Shown here piece by piece: positions 1-8,969 of a stretch of DNA of 64,000 bases. The stretch spans positions 7,487 to 71,486 of the forward strand of contig JACRHL010000018.1 of the NCBI GenBank assembly GCA_016212085.1, given 5' to 3'. The position numbers and the translations under genes were made by a program. The notes under the pieces were generated by a model. The model saw only the letters and a list, made by a program, of their open reading frames with translations. It ran no database searches and was not told the origin of the DNA. Source of the DNA: Nitrospirota bacterium (GTDB lineage: Bacteria > Nitrospirota > JACRHL01). Numbering within the stretch: position 1 is the first letter of the stretch; each line of letters starts with the position of its first letter.

Positions 1-78
1 ATCGCCTGGCTATATGCCGCCGCCCAGGGGGAGCCGGGCGACCTGCCGGAGATCGCGGAGCAGAAGCGGGGCTATTGA
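1..78 (+). CDS. 3' end of an upstream CDS (partial, function unknown)
   Basis: Frame 1 is open from the window edge to a TGA at 76-78, immediately upstream of the methyltransferase start. Nothing further is visible. Confidence 0.3.
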   Translation: MAWLYAAAQGEPGDLPEIAEQKRGY

Positions 79-97
79 CACCTCCCCAAAATCAGCC

Positions 98-1468
98 ATG
101 TTTGTAGGCACCACTGCCTACCCATTCGAGAGTGTGATGGACGACAACGCCAATTACCTGAAAGCGGTCCGCAACCAGTACGAGGGCTACCCCTATCCGC
201 CGCGCGTGCCGGAGGACGAGCGCCACCGCCGGCTGCGCACCGGCTTGTGCGAGTTGCCCCAGCTCAACCACTACGGCCACGCCGGGCGCCAGGGGTTCGA
301 GGGGTATCACGCCCTGGTGGCGGGCGGCGGCACCGGCGACGCCACCGTGTTCCTGGCGGAGCAGCTCCACGAGCGGGGTGGCCGGGTGGTGCACCTGGAC
401 CTGAGCACGGCCAGCATGGAGGTGGCCAAACAGCGCTGCGCCGTGCGCGGCCTGACCAACGTGGAATGGGTGCACGGCTCGCTGCTGGATCTGCCCCAAA
501 TGGGCCTGGGGCCGTTCGACCACATCAATTGCTGCGGCGTCCTGCACCACCTGGCCGACCCGGACCAGGGCCTGGCCGCCCTGCGCGCCGTGCTCAGGGA
601 CGACGGCAGCATGGGCATCATGCTCTACGGCCGATACGCCCGCGAGGGGGTGTACCAGATGCAGGCCCTGCTGCGCCTGCTCAACCAGGGCGAGACCGAC
701 ATGGACGCCTGCGTGCGCACCGCCCGGGCCACCCTGGGCGCGGTCCCCGCCAGCAACTGGTACAAGTTCGGCGAAAAACTGTTTTCCGACGTGTGGAAGT
801 TCGGCGATCCGGGCATCTACGACCTGCTGCTGCACTCCCAGGACCGCGCCTACACGGTGCCCCAGCTTTACGACTACGTGGAAAAACAGGGCATGCGCCT
901 GGTGGCCTTCGGCCGCCCCCTGGACCGCATGTGGCTCACCCCCGGGTTCTCCATCCGCGAGCCGCGTCTGTTGCAGCGCCTGAACAACCTGCCGGAGCGG
1001 GACCGGCAGGCGGCGATGGAGATCTTCACCGGCACCGCCATCAAGCACAGCTTCTACGTGTCGCCCCGCACCGATTCGGTGGCCAGCCTGGACGACCTGG
1101 ACAACGTGCCGTTCCTGTACGGCTTTGCCGGCGACGATCCGAACCGGGTCATCGCCGACTTCTTCCAGAAGGCCAAGGGCAAGGGGGTGACCCTGAAGGA
1201 CCAGGACTTTTCGTACCCGGTGCAGCCGCAGGCGCACTCCCACCACATCCTGCGCCACATGGACGGCACCCGCACCACCGCCGAAATCTTCGAGGCGGTG
1301 CGCGCGGCCACCGGCGACCAGCGCCTGACCGACCCGGTGCTGCTCAAGGACTTCAGGCCCGTGTACGAGCAGTTCAACCAGGTGGACCACATGCTGCTGC
1401 GCCACAAAACGGCGCGCCCGCTGCCACCCCTGCGCCAGCAGATTCCGGGGGACGGCGGGGAGGGATAG
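98..1468 (+). CDS. Class I SAM-dependent methyltransferase with a long C-terminal extension
   Basis: ATG at 98 is in frame with ORF 14..1468. The glycine-rich motif I (LVAGGGTGDATVFLAE) and the acidic hVhLDLS motif are typical of Rossmann-fold SAM methyltransferases. An extra ~250 aa of unknown function follows. Confidence 0.6.
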   Translation: MFVGTTAYPFESVMDDNANYLKAVRNQYEGYPYPPRVPEDERHRRLRTGLCELPQLNHYGHAGRQGFEGYHALVAGGGTGDATVFLAEQLHERGGRVVHLDLSTASMEVAKQRCAVRGLTNVEWVHGSLLDLPQMGLGPFDHINCCGVLHHLADPDQGLAALRAVLRDDGSMGIMLYGRYAREGVYQMQALLRLLNQGETDMDACVRTARATLGAVPASNWYKFGEKLFSDVWKFGDPGIYDLLLHSQDRAYTVPQLYDYVEKQGMRLVAFGRPLDRMWLTPGFSIREPRLLQRLNNLPERDRQAAMEIFTGTAIKHSFYVSPRTDSVASLDDLDNVPFLYGFAGDDPNRVIADFFQKAKGKGVTLKDQDFSYPVQPQAHSHHILRHMDGTRTTAEIFEAVRAATGDQRLTDPVLLKDFRPVYEQFNQVDHMLLRHKTARPLPPLRQQIPGDGGEG

Positions 1469-2266
1469 GTGCTGCTGCTGCACCTGACCGACCCGCACCT
1501 GTTCCAGGACCCGGAGGCCACCCTGAAGGGGGTGGACACCTTCGCCACCCTGATGAGCGTGCTGCACACGGCGCGGGCCATCCACGGCCACGCGGCGGCC
1601 ATGGTGCTGACCGGCGACCTGTCGCAGGACGAGCGCCCCGGTTCCTACGCGCGGCTGGCGTGGGCGCTGGAGGGCATGCCCTGGCCGGCCTACCTGCTCA
1701 AGGGCAACCACGACGACGCGGACGCCATGTGGGTGGGCCTCACCCGCCAGCCGGCGGATATCCGCACCGACCGGCAGTTCTTCCTGGACAACTGGCAGGT
1801 GCTGCTGCTGGACAGCGTCGCGCCGGGGCGGGTGGACGGCACCCTGTCCGCCGCCACCCTGGACTGGCTGGAACGCGCCCTGAGCGCCCACCCCCGCCAC
1901 CACGCGCTGATCTGCCTGCACCACCACCCGGTGCCGGTGGGCTCCCCGTGGATGGACGCGCTCATGCTGGACAACGGGGCGGACCTGTTCGCCGTCACCC
2001 GCCGCCACCCCAACGTGCGCGCCGTGCTGTGGGGCCATGTGCACCAGTGTTTCGACGGGGAGCGGGACGGCGTGCGGCTGCTGTCGTCCCCATCCACCGG
2101 CGTGCAGTTCGCGCCGGGGAGCGACGCCTTCGCCCTGGACGCCCGCGCCCCCGGCTACCGCTGGCTGGAACTGCTGGCGGACGGCACGCTGGACACGGGC
2201 GTGTGCCGGGTGCCGGACGGCCCGGTACCGGTGCCGGAGCCAGGCGAGGGGCTGGTGAGGCGCTGA
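1469..2266 (+). CDS. cpdA: 3',5'-cyclic-nucleotide phosphodiesterase CpdA/Icc-like calcineurin-type metallophosphoesterase
   Basis: GTG start abuts the preceding stop (TAG-GTG). The motifs LTDPHL, GDLSQDE, GNHD, LHHHP and GHVHQ match the CpdA metallophosphoesterase signature and are collinear with E. coli CpdA. Confidence 0.65.
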   Translation: MLLLHLTDPHLFQDPEATLKGVDTFATLMSVLHTARAIHGHAAAMVLTGDLSQDERPGSYARLAWALEGMPWPAYLLKGNHDDADAMWVGLTRQPADIRTDRQFFLDNWQVLLLDSVAPGRVDGTLSAATLDWLERALSAHPRHHALICLHHHPVPVGSPWMDALMLDNGADLFAVTRRHPNVRAVLWGHVHQCFDGERDGVRLLSSPSTGVQFAPGSDAFALDARAPGYRWLELLADGTLDTGVCRVPDGPVPVPEPGEGLVRR

Positions 2267-2277
2267 AAAGCCGCCTG

Positions 2278-3432
2278 TCAGCGGCCGAGCAGCGCCGCCA
2301 GCAGGTTTTCGTAGATGTCGGTGAGCCGGTCGATGTCCGCCACCGGCACCCCCTCGTCCACCTTGTGGATGGTGCGGTTCACCAGCCCCAGTTCCGCCAC
2401 CGCCACCCCTTCCGGGGCGATGAAGCGCGCGTCGGACGTGCCGCCGCCGGTGGACAGGGCGGGGGTGATGCCGGTGGCGGCGCGCACCGCGTCGGCCATC
2501 GCCGCCGTCAGCGGGCCCGGCGCCGTGAGGAACGGCATCCCGGAAAGCTGCCAGGCAAGGTCGTAGCGGAGGCCGTGGCCGTCCAGCACGGCGCGCACCC
2601 GCCGGTCGATGGACTCCGGCGTGGAGGCGGGGGAGAAGCGCAGGTTGAACTGGCACCACAGGTGGCCGGGGATCACGTTGCTGGCCCCCTCGCCGGCGCG
2701 CACGTTGGTGAATTGCAGGCGGGTGGCGGAAAAGTGCCCGTCGCCGTCGTCGAACTTGAGCCGGGCCAGGGCGTCCAGCGCCGGGGCGGCCCGGTGGATG
2801 GGGTTGTCCGCCAGGTCGGGGAAGGCGGCATGGCCCTGCACGCCGTGGATGGTGAGATGGCCGTTCACGGAGCCGCGCCGGCCGTTCTTGATGGTGTCGC
2901 CCACCCGCTCCGCCGAGCTGGGCTCGCCGACGATGCAGAAGTCGGGCAGTTCGCCGCGCGCCTTGAGCCAGGGCACCATGCGCACGGTGCCGTCCAGCGC
3001 GTCGCCCTCCTCGTCGCCGGTGATCAGGAAGCTGATGCTGCCGTTGGGCCGGGGGTTGCGCCCCAGGTGGCGTTCCACGGCCACCACCATGGCGGCCAGG
3101 GCCCCCTTCATGTCCGCCGCGCCCCGGCCGATGAGAACCCCGCCCACCACCTCCGCGGCAAACGGCGGCACGCGCCAATCCGCCTCCGGGCCGGTCGGCA
3201 CCACGTCCGTGTGCCCGGCAAGGCAGACGTGCGGCGCGCCGTTGCCCAGGCGCGCGTGGAAGTTGCGCACGGTGCCGAAGGTGAGGTCGTGAATCTCGAA
3301 GCCCAGGGCCGTCAGGCGCCGGATGAGGATGGCCTGGCAGCCGTGGTCCGCCGGCGTCACGCTGGGGGCGCGGATCAGCTCGGCGGCCAGGCGCACGGGC
3401 GCGGAATGGGGATCGGTGTCGACAGGGTTCAT
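2278..3432 (-). CDS. dapE: Succinyl-diaminopimelate desuccinylase
   Basis: M20 peptidase family with the motifs HTDVVP and ITGDEEG. Full-length collinearity with DapE. Start taken at the internal Met (MNPVDTDP...), giving about 384 aa. Confidence 0.85.
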   Translation of the reverse strand: MNPVDTDPHSAPVRLAAELIRAPSVTPADHGCQAILIRRLTALGFEIHDLTFGTVRNFHARLGNGAPHVCLAGHTDVVPTGPEADWRVPPFAAEVVGGVLIGRGAADMKGALAAMVVAVERHLGRNPRPNGSISFLITGDEEGDALDGTVRMVPWLKARGELPDFCIVGEPSSAERVGDTIKNGRRGSVNGHLTIHGVQGHAAFPDLADNPIHRAAPALDALARLKFDDGDGHFSATRLQFTNVRAGEGASNVIPGHLWCQFNLRFSPASTPESIDRRVRAVLDGHGLRYDLAWQLSGMPFLTAPGPLTAAMADAVRAATGITPALSTGGGTSDARFIAPEGVAVAELGLVNRTIHKVDEGVPVADIDRLTDIYENLLAALLGR

Positions 3433-3583
3433 ACCCACCTGGGCCAAACGGGGGGAGGCCCCGGCCCGCCACCGGGCGGGGGCCACAGGCTGGCAAGGAT
3501 AGAGGGGCGGCCCGGCCGGGTCAAACCCGCGCTGTTTTGTGGCGGCCCAAGGGCAACGGGGTCTGGTAAACTACCCGGTTAAT

Positions 3584-6500
3584 ATGGACATCCGAACCTA
3601 TCTCAAGGAACACGTCCTCATCATGGACGGCGGCATGGGCACCATGCTGATGGGCTATGACCTGGACCTGGAGCGCGACTACCTGGGCCGGGAGAACTGC
3701 TCCGAGGTGCTGTGCCAGACCCGGCCGGAAGTGGTGGAGGAGATTCACGCCGCCTACCTGGCCGCCGGCTGCGACGCGGTGGAAACCAACTCCTTCGGCG
3801 CCAACACCGTGGTGTTCGACGAGTTCGACCTGGCCGACCGGGTGGTCGAGTTCAACGTCATGGCGGCCCGGATCGCCCGCCGCGCCTGCGAGCGCTTTTC
3901 AACGCCGGAGCGGCCGCGCTTCGTGATCGGCTCCATGGGCCCCGGCACCAAGCTGCCGTCCCTGGGGCACATCGGCTACGACGCCCTGGAGGCCTCCTAC
4001 CACCAGCAGGCGGCGGGCCTGCTCCAGGGCGGGGTGGACGCGCTGTTGGTGGAGACCGCCCAGGACCTGTTGCAGATGAAGGCGGCCATCAACGGCTGCA
4101 AGCGCGCCATGGACGAGGCCCTGCCGGGCACGCCCCCGCAGCTGCGCCCCCTGCTCATGGCCCAGGTGACCATGGAAACCACCGGCACCATGCTGTTGGG
4201 CACCGAGATCGGCGCGGCCCTGGCGGCGCTGGAGGCCATGGGTGTGGAGGTGGTCGGCCTCAACTGCGCCACCGGCCCGCGCGAGATGGCCCAGCACGTG
4301 GCCTATCTGGCACGCCACGCGAACATCCTCATCTCGGTGCTGCCCAACGCGGGCCTGCCGGAACTGGTGGCGGGGAAGACCCACTACCCCCTCATGCCGG
4401 ACGAGCTGGCCGACTGGCACACCCGCTTCGTGCACGAGGACGGGGTGAACATCATCGGCGGCTGCTGCGGCACCACCCCGGCGCACCTGAAGGCGGTGGC
4501 CGACCGGCTGTGGGGCACGGTGCCCAAGGCGCGGGCGCCGGAGCCGATCGCCGGCGTGGCGTCCATGTACCGCTTGGTGCCCTACCGGCAGGAGAACGCC
4601 GTGTTCGCCGTGGGCGAGCGCACCAACGCCAACGGCTCGCGCGCCTTCAAGAACCTGCTGGCGGCGGAGGATTGGGACGGCATCACCCAGGTGGGCGTGT
4701 CGCAGGTGCGCGAGGGCTCCCACGCGGTGGACGTGTGCGTGGCCTACGTGGGCCGCCCCGAGGCGTCGGACATGGACCAGGTGATGCGCCGCTTCGCCAC
4801 CGGCGTGGACGCGCCGCTGATGATCGACTCCACCGAGGTGAACGTGATCGAGACGGCGCTCAAGCGCGCCGGCGGCAAGTGCATCATCAACTCCATCAAC
4901 TTCGAGGAGGGCGAGGAGAAGGCCGAAAAGGTCCTGCGCCTGGCGCGCCGCTTCGGCGCCGCCGTGGTGGCCCTCACCATCGACGAGGACGGCATGGCCA
5001 AGGACGCCGCCGCCAAGCTCGCCATCGCCAGGCGGCTGTATGCCTTCGCCGTGGACAAGCACGGCCTGGCGCCCGGGGACCTGATCATCGACCCGCTCAC
5101 CTTCACCATCTGCACCGGCATGGAGAGCGACCGCAGGCTGGGGGTGGAAACCCTGGACGGCATCCGCCTGATCCACCAGGCCATGCCCCGGATCCAGATC
5201 ATGCTGGGCCTGTCCAACATCTCCTTCGGCCTCAAGGCCCGGCCGCGCCAATTGTTGAACTCCGTGTTCCTGCACGAGTGCCAGCAGGCGGGCATGAACA
5301 TGGCCATCCTGCACACGGCCAAGATCCTGCCCCTGTTCAAGATCGACGACGGCCACAAAAAAGTGGCGCTGGACCTCATTTTCGACCGGCGCGCCCCGGG
5401 CTACGACCCGCTCACCGCCCTGCTGGCCCTGTTCCCGGACGGGGATGAGGTGGAGCGGGTGGCGGACGACACGCCCAGGACCGTGGAGGAGCGCCTCAAG
5501 GCGCGCATCGTCGACGGCAACCGGAATGGCCTGGAGGCGGACCTGGACGAGGCGCTGCAAACCCACGCCGCCCTGGCCATCGTCAACGACATCCTGCTGG
5601 ACGGCATGAAGGTGGTGGGCGAGCTGTTCGGCTCCGGCCGCATGCAGCTGCCGTTCGTGCTCCAGTCCGCCGAGACCATGAAGGCCGCCGTGGCCTGCCT
5701 GGAGCCGCACATGGACCGTGCCCAGGGCCAGGCCAAGGGCCGCATGGTGCTGGCCACCGTGAAGGGCGACGTGCACGACATCGGCAAGAACCTGGTGGAC
5801 ATCATCCTCACCAACAACGGCTACGAGGTCGTCAACCTGGGCATCAAGCAGCCGGTGGACAACGTGCTGGCCGCCGTGGCGGCGCACAGGCCCGACGCCG
5901 TGGGGCTGTCGGGCCTGCTGGTCAAGTCCACGGTCATCATGCGCGAGGACCTGGAGCGCATGGCCGCCGAGGGGCTGAGCGTGCCGGTGATCCTGGGCGG
6001 CGCCGCCCTCACCCGCCGCTACGTGGAGGAGGACTGCCGCAGGGCCTACCCCACCGGCCGGGTGGATTACGCCCGCGACGCCTTCGACGGCCTCAAGCTC
6101 ATGGCGCGCATCTGCGGCGGCGGGGCGCAGCCGGAGCCCGTGGCCGAGGGGGTCGAGGAGGCGGAACCGGTGGCCACCATGCCGTCGCTGACCGACGAGA
6201 TCAAGGAGCGCTTCCGCCATGCACCCCAGGCCCCCGGCCGCGCCACCGTGGGGTGGGACGGGGTGGCCCCCCCGAAGCCACCGTTCTGGGGCCCGCGCGT
6301 GCTGGAGGCGATTCCGTTGCAGAACATCGCCCCGTTCATCAACGAGACCATGCTGTTCCAGTTCCAGTGGGGTTTCAAGAAAAAGGCCCTGCCGGAGGCC
6401 TACGCCGGCCGCTTCGACGATTTCGTGAAGGAGCACGTGCGGCCCATCTACCACCAGATGCTGGCCCGCTGCGCCCGGGAGGGCATTTTGCGGCCCCAGG

Positions 6501-7069
6501 CCATCTACGGCTACTGGCCGTGCAACGCCGACGGCGACAGCCTGGTGGTGTGGAGCGACGACGGCACGGAACGCTGCCGCTTCACCTTCCCCCGCCAGCG
6601 CCCGGAGCGGGGCGGACTGTGCCTGGCGGACTTCTTCCGCCCCCTGTCCGGCGGCGTGCGCGACGTGGTGGGGTTCCAGCTGGTGACCATGGGGCAGGGC
6701 GCCTCGGACCGGGCCAGGGAGTGGTTCGAGCGGAACCAGTACCAGGACTACCTCTACCTGCACGGCCTCACGGTGGAGATGGCCGAGGCCCTGGCCGAGG
6801 TGGTCCATCAGCGCATCCGCGCCGAGCTGGGCTTCGCCGCCGAGGACGCCCGCGACACCCAGAAGCTCATCCACCAGGGCTATCGCGGCGCGCGCTACTC
6901 GTTCGGCTACCCGGCCTGTCCCAACCTGGCCGATCAGCACCAGTTGCTGGCCCTGCTGGGGGCGGATGCCATCGGCGTCGTCATGAGCGAGGGCGACCAG
7001 CTGCACCCGGAGGCCTCCACCTCGGCGGTGGTGACCCTGCACCCGCAGGCGAGGTATTTCGGCGTTTGA
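3584..7069 (+). CDS. metH: Cobalamin-dependent methionine synthase
   Basis: N-terminal homocysteine S-methyltransferase domain (MDGGMGT...GCCGTTP), pterin-binding region, B12-binding motif (KGDVHDIGKNLV) and C-terminal AdoMet reactivation domain. About 1161 aa from the Met at 3584. Confidence 0.9.
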   Translation: MDIRTYLKEHVLIMDGGMGTMLMGYDLDLERDYLGRENCSEVLCQTRPEVVEEIHAAYLAAGCDAVETNSFGANTVVFDEFDLADRVVEFNVMAARIARRACERFSTPERPRFVIGSMGPGTKLPSLGHIGYDALEASYHQQAAGLLQGGVDALLVETAQDLLQMKAAINGCKRAMDEALPGTPPQLRPLLMAQVTMETTGTMLLGTEIGAALAALEAMGVEVVGLNCATGPREMAQHVAYLARHANILISVLPNAGLPELVAGKTHYPLMPDELADWHTRFVHEDGVNIIGGCCGTTPAHLKAVADRLWGTVPKARAPEPIAGVASMYRLVPYRQENAVFAVGERTNANGSRAFKNLLAAEDWDGITQVGVSQVREGSHAVDVCVAYVGRPEASDMDQVMRRFATGVDAPLMIDSTEVNVIETALKRAGGKCIINSINFEEGEEKAEKVLRLARRFGAAVVALTIDEDGMAKDAAAKLAIARRLYAFAVDKHGLAPGDLIIDPLTFTICTGMESDRRLGVETLDGIRLIHQAMPRIQIMLGLSNISFGLKARPRQLLNSVFLHECQQAGMNMAILHTAKILPLFKIDDGHKKVALDLIFDRRAPGYDPLTALLALFPDGDEVERVADDTPRTVEERLKARIVDGNRNGLEADLDEALQTHAALAIVNDILLDGMKVVGELFGSGRMQLPFVLQSAETMKAAVACLEPHMDRAQGQAKGRMVLATVKGDVHDIGKNLVDIILTNNGYEVVNLGIKQPVDNVLAAVAAHRPDAVGLSGLLVKSTVIMREDLERMAAEGLSVPVILGGAALTRRYVEEDCRRAYPTGRVDYARDAFDGLKLMARICGGGAQPEPVAEGVEEAEPVATMPSLTDEIKERFRHAPQAPGRATVGWDGVAPPKPPFWGPRVLEAIPLQNIAPFINETMLFQFQWGFKKKALPEAYAGRFDDFVKEHVRPIYHQMLARCAREGILRPQAIYGYWPCNADGDSLVVWSDDGTERCRFTFPRQRPERGGLCLADFFRPLSGGVRDVVGFQLVTMGQGASDRAREWFERNQYQDYLYLHGLTVEMAEALAEVVHQRIRAELGFAAEDARDTQKLIHQGYRGARYSFGYPACPNLADQHQLLALLGADAIGVVMSEGDQLHPEASTSAVVTLHPQARYFGV

Positions 7070-7098
7070 TGCGTGGCGTTTGAGGTGGGTGTCGTCGT

Positions 7099-7452
7099 GT
7101 GCTGGAAGGGGTGCCCGTGCTGATCCGTGGCCTGGTGTTGTTGGTCCTGTTCGGGGCGCTGGTGTACATGGGGGTACGCTGGCGCCAGGGGCGGATGCGC
7201 GTCCGCGCGGTGCACGACGAGTTGCAGATCCAGATGGGCCGGCGCGGCATCGTCACCGAAACCGTGACCGCCGGCGCCGGGCTGGTGCGCATCAACGGCG
7301 CCGCCTTCGCCGCCTGCGCCGACGGACCGCCCATCGGCCCCAGGGTGCTGGTGGAGGTGGTGGCGGTGCGCCGTTTCCGCCTGCTGGTGCGCCGGGTGGA
7401 GGGCCAGGGGCGGCTGATCGACGTGGACCACATCACCGGCCGCAAGGGCTGA
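7099..7452 (+). CDS. NfeD-like small membrane protein (N-terminal TM helix plus C-terminal OB-fold-like beta domain), hypothetical
   Basis: GTG start. One hydrophobic helix (LIRGLVLLVLFGALVYMGV) is followed by a Gly/Val-rich beta-strand pattern like the short NfeD C-terminal domain. No SPFH/stomatin partner is adjacent. Confidence 0.35.
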   Translation: MLEGVPVLIRGLVLLVLFGALVYMGVRWRQGRMRVRAVHDELQIQMGRRGIVTETVTAGAGLVRINGAAFAACADGPPIGPRVLVEVVAVRRFRLLVRRVEGQGRLIDVDHITGRKG

Positions 7453-7522
7453 GCCCTGGGTTTCGCGCGGCGCGCCGGGCCCGTATACTGCCGGTAGAAC
7501 CCTTTAAGCAGCACAGGAAGCC

Positions 7523-8962
7523 ATGGATCTCATCAGTGCCGTGCCCTCGGACCTGCTCCTGGGGCAGAACGACCTGACCGAACGCCACATCGGGCAGATC
7601 ATGGGCAAACTGCTGGGCGGCGCCATCGACTACGCGGACATCTACTTCGAGTACACCCTGTCCGAGTCGGTGAGCATCGAGGAGGGCATCGTCAAGAAGG
7701 CCTCCCAGCACGTCTCCCAGGGGGCCGGGGTGCGCGGCGTGGCCGCCGAGAAGACCGGCTACGCCTATTCCGACGACATCTCCCTGCCGGCCTTGCAGCA
7801 GGCGGCCGCCACCGCCCGCGCCATCGCCGGCGCGGGGGCGGGCACCGGCACCGTGGCGGTGCACGGCGGCCGCCCGTCGCGCGACCTGTATCCCATCTCC
7901 CCCGTCCAGGTGCCGGTACAGGACAAGGTGGCCCTGTTGCAGCGGATCGACCGCGCCGCCCGCGCTCACGACCCCAGGGTGGTGAACGTCATGGCGGGCT
8001 TCTCCACCGAGTACAAGGTGATCCTGATCGCCACCTCCGAGGGGCTGGTGGTGGGCGACGTGCAGCCCCTGTCGCGGCTCAACGTGACCTGCATCGTGCA
8101 GGACGGCGGAAACCGCCAGATCGGCACCTACGGCGGCGGCGGGCGCGGCGACTTCGGCCAGTTCACCCGGGACGACGCCTGGGCGCACTACGCCCGCGAG
8201 GCGGCGCGCCAGGCGGTGGTGAACCTGGGCGCGGTGGACGCCCCCGCCGGCACCATGGACGTGGTCCTGGGCAGCGGCTGGCCGGGCATCCTGCTGCACG
8301 AGGCCATCGGCCACGGCCTGGAGGCGGACTTCAACCGCAAGGGTACCAGCGCCTTTACCGGCATGATCGGCCGGAAGGTGGCTTCCGAACTGTGCACCAT
8401 CGTCGACGACGGCACCATCCCCGGCCGGCGTGGCTCCCTCAACGTGGACGACGAGGGCACCCCCACCGGCCGCACGGTGCTCATCGAGGACGGCATCCTC
8501 AAGGGCTACATCAACGACCGCCTGAACGCCCGCCTCACCGGCGCCCCCCTCACCGGCAACGGCCGCCGCGAGTCCTACGCCCACGCCCCCATGCCGCGCA
8601 TGACCAACACCTTCATGGAGAACGGCGAGCAGGACCCGGCGGACATCATCCGTGGCGTGCGGCGCGGCCTGTACGCCGTGTCGTTCGGTGGCGGGCAGGT
8701 GGACATCACCAGCGGCAAGTTCGTGTTCTCCGCCAGCGAGGCCTACCTCATCGAGGACGGCCGCATCACCAAGCCGGTGAAGGGGGCGACCCTCATCGGC
8801 AACGGCCCGGACGTGCTCACCCGCGTGGCCGCCGTGGGCAACGACCTGGCGCTGGACACGGGCATCGGCACCTGCGGCAAGGACGGGCAGAGCGTGCCGG
8901 TGGGGGTGGGCCTGCCCACCATCCGCCTGAACCAGGTCACGGTGGGCGGCACCCAGAGTTGA
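7523..8962 (+). CDS. tldD: Metalloprotease TldD
   Basis: ATG is preceded by AGGAAG. The conserved HEAIGHGLEADFNRKG metal-binding motif is present. Length and collinearity match TldD. Confidence 0.9.
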   Translation: MDLISAVPSDLLLGQNDLTERHIGQIMGKLLGGAIDYADIYFEYTLSESVSIEEGIVKKASQHVSQGAGVRGVAAEKTGYAYSDDISLPALQQAAATARAIAGAGAGTGTVAVHGGRPSRDLYPISPVQVPVQDKVALLQRIDRAARAHDPRVVNVMAGFSTEYKVILIATSEGLVVGDVQPLSRLNVTCIVQDGGNRQIGTYGGGGRGDFGQFTRDDAWAHYAREAARQAVVNLGAVDAPAGTMDVVLGSGWPGILLHEAIGHGLEADFNRKGTSAFTGMIGRKVASELCTIVDDGTIPGRRGSLNVDDEGTPTGRTVLIEDGILKGYINDRLNARLTGAPLTGNGRRESYAHAPMPRMTNTFMENGEQDPADIIRGVRRGLYAVSFGGGQVDITSGKFVFSASEAYLIEDGRITKPVKGATLIGNGPDVLTRVAAVGNDLALDTGIGTCGKDGQSVPVGVGLPTIRLNQVTVGGTQS

Positions 8963-8969
8963 CCTTGGC

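Noticed and set aside
92-3496. 1134-aa minus-strand ORF and the 1111-aa plus-strand ORF (247..3582) spanning the methyltransferase, cpdA and dapE region
   Set aside because: Low-complexity Arg/Gly/Pro/Ala-rich translations with no domain signatures. They overlap three well-supported genes on both strands and are typical stop-codon-poor artefacts of very GC-rich DNA.
3712-7042. Alternative-frame (3712..5448 +) and antisense (3899..7042 -, 1047 aa) ORFs inside metH
   Set aside because: metH is unambiguous in frame +2 with all four functional modules. The competing ORFs have compositionally biased, repeat-like translations.
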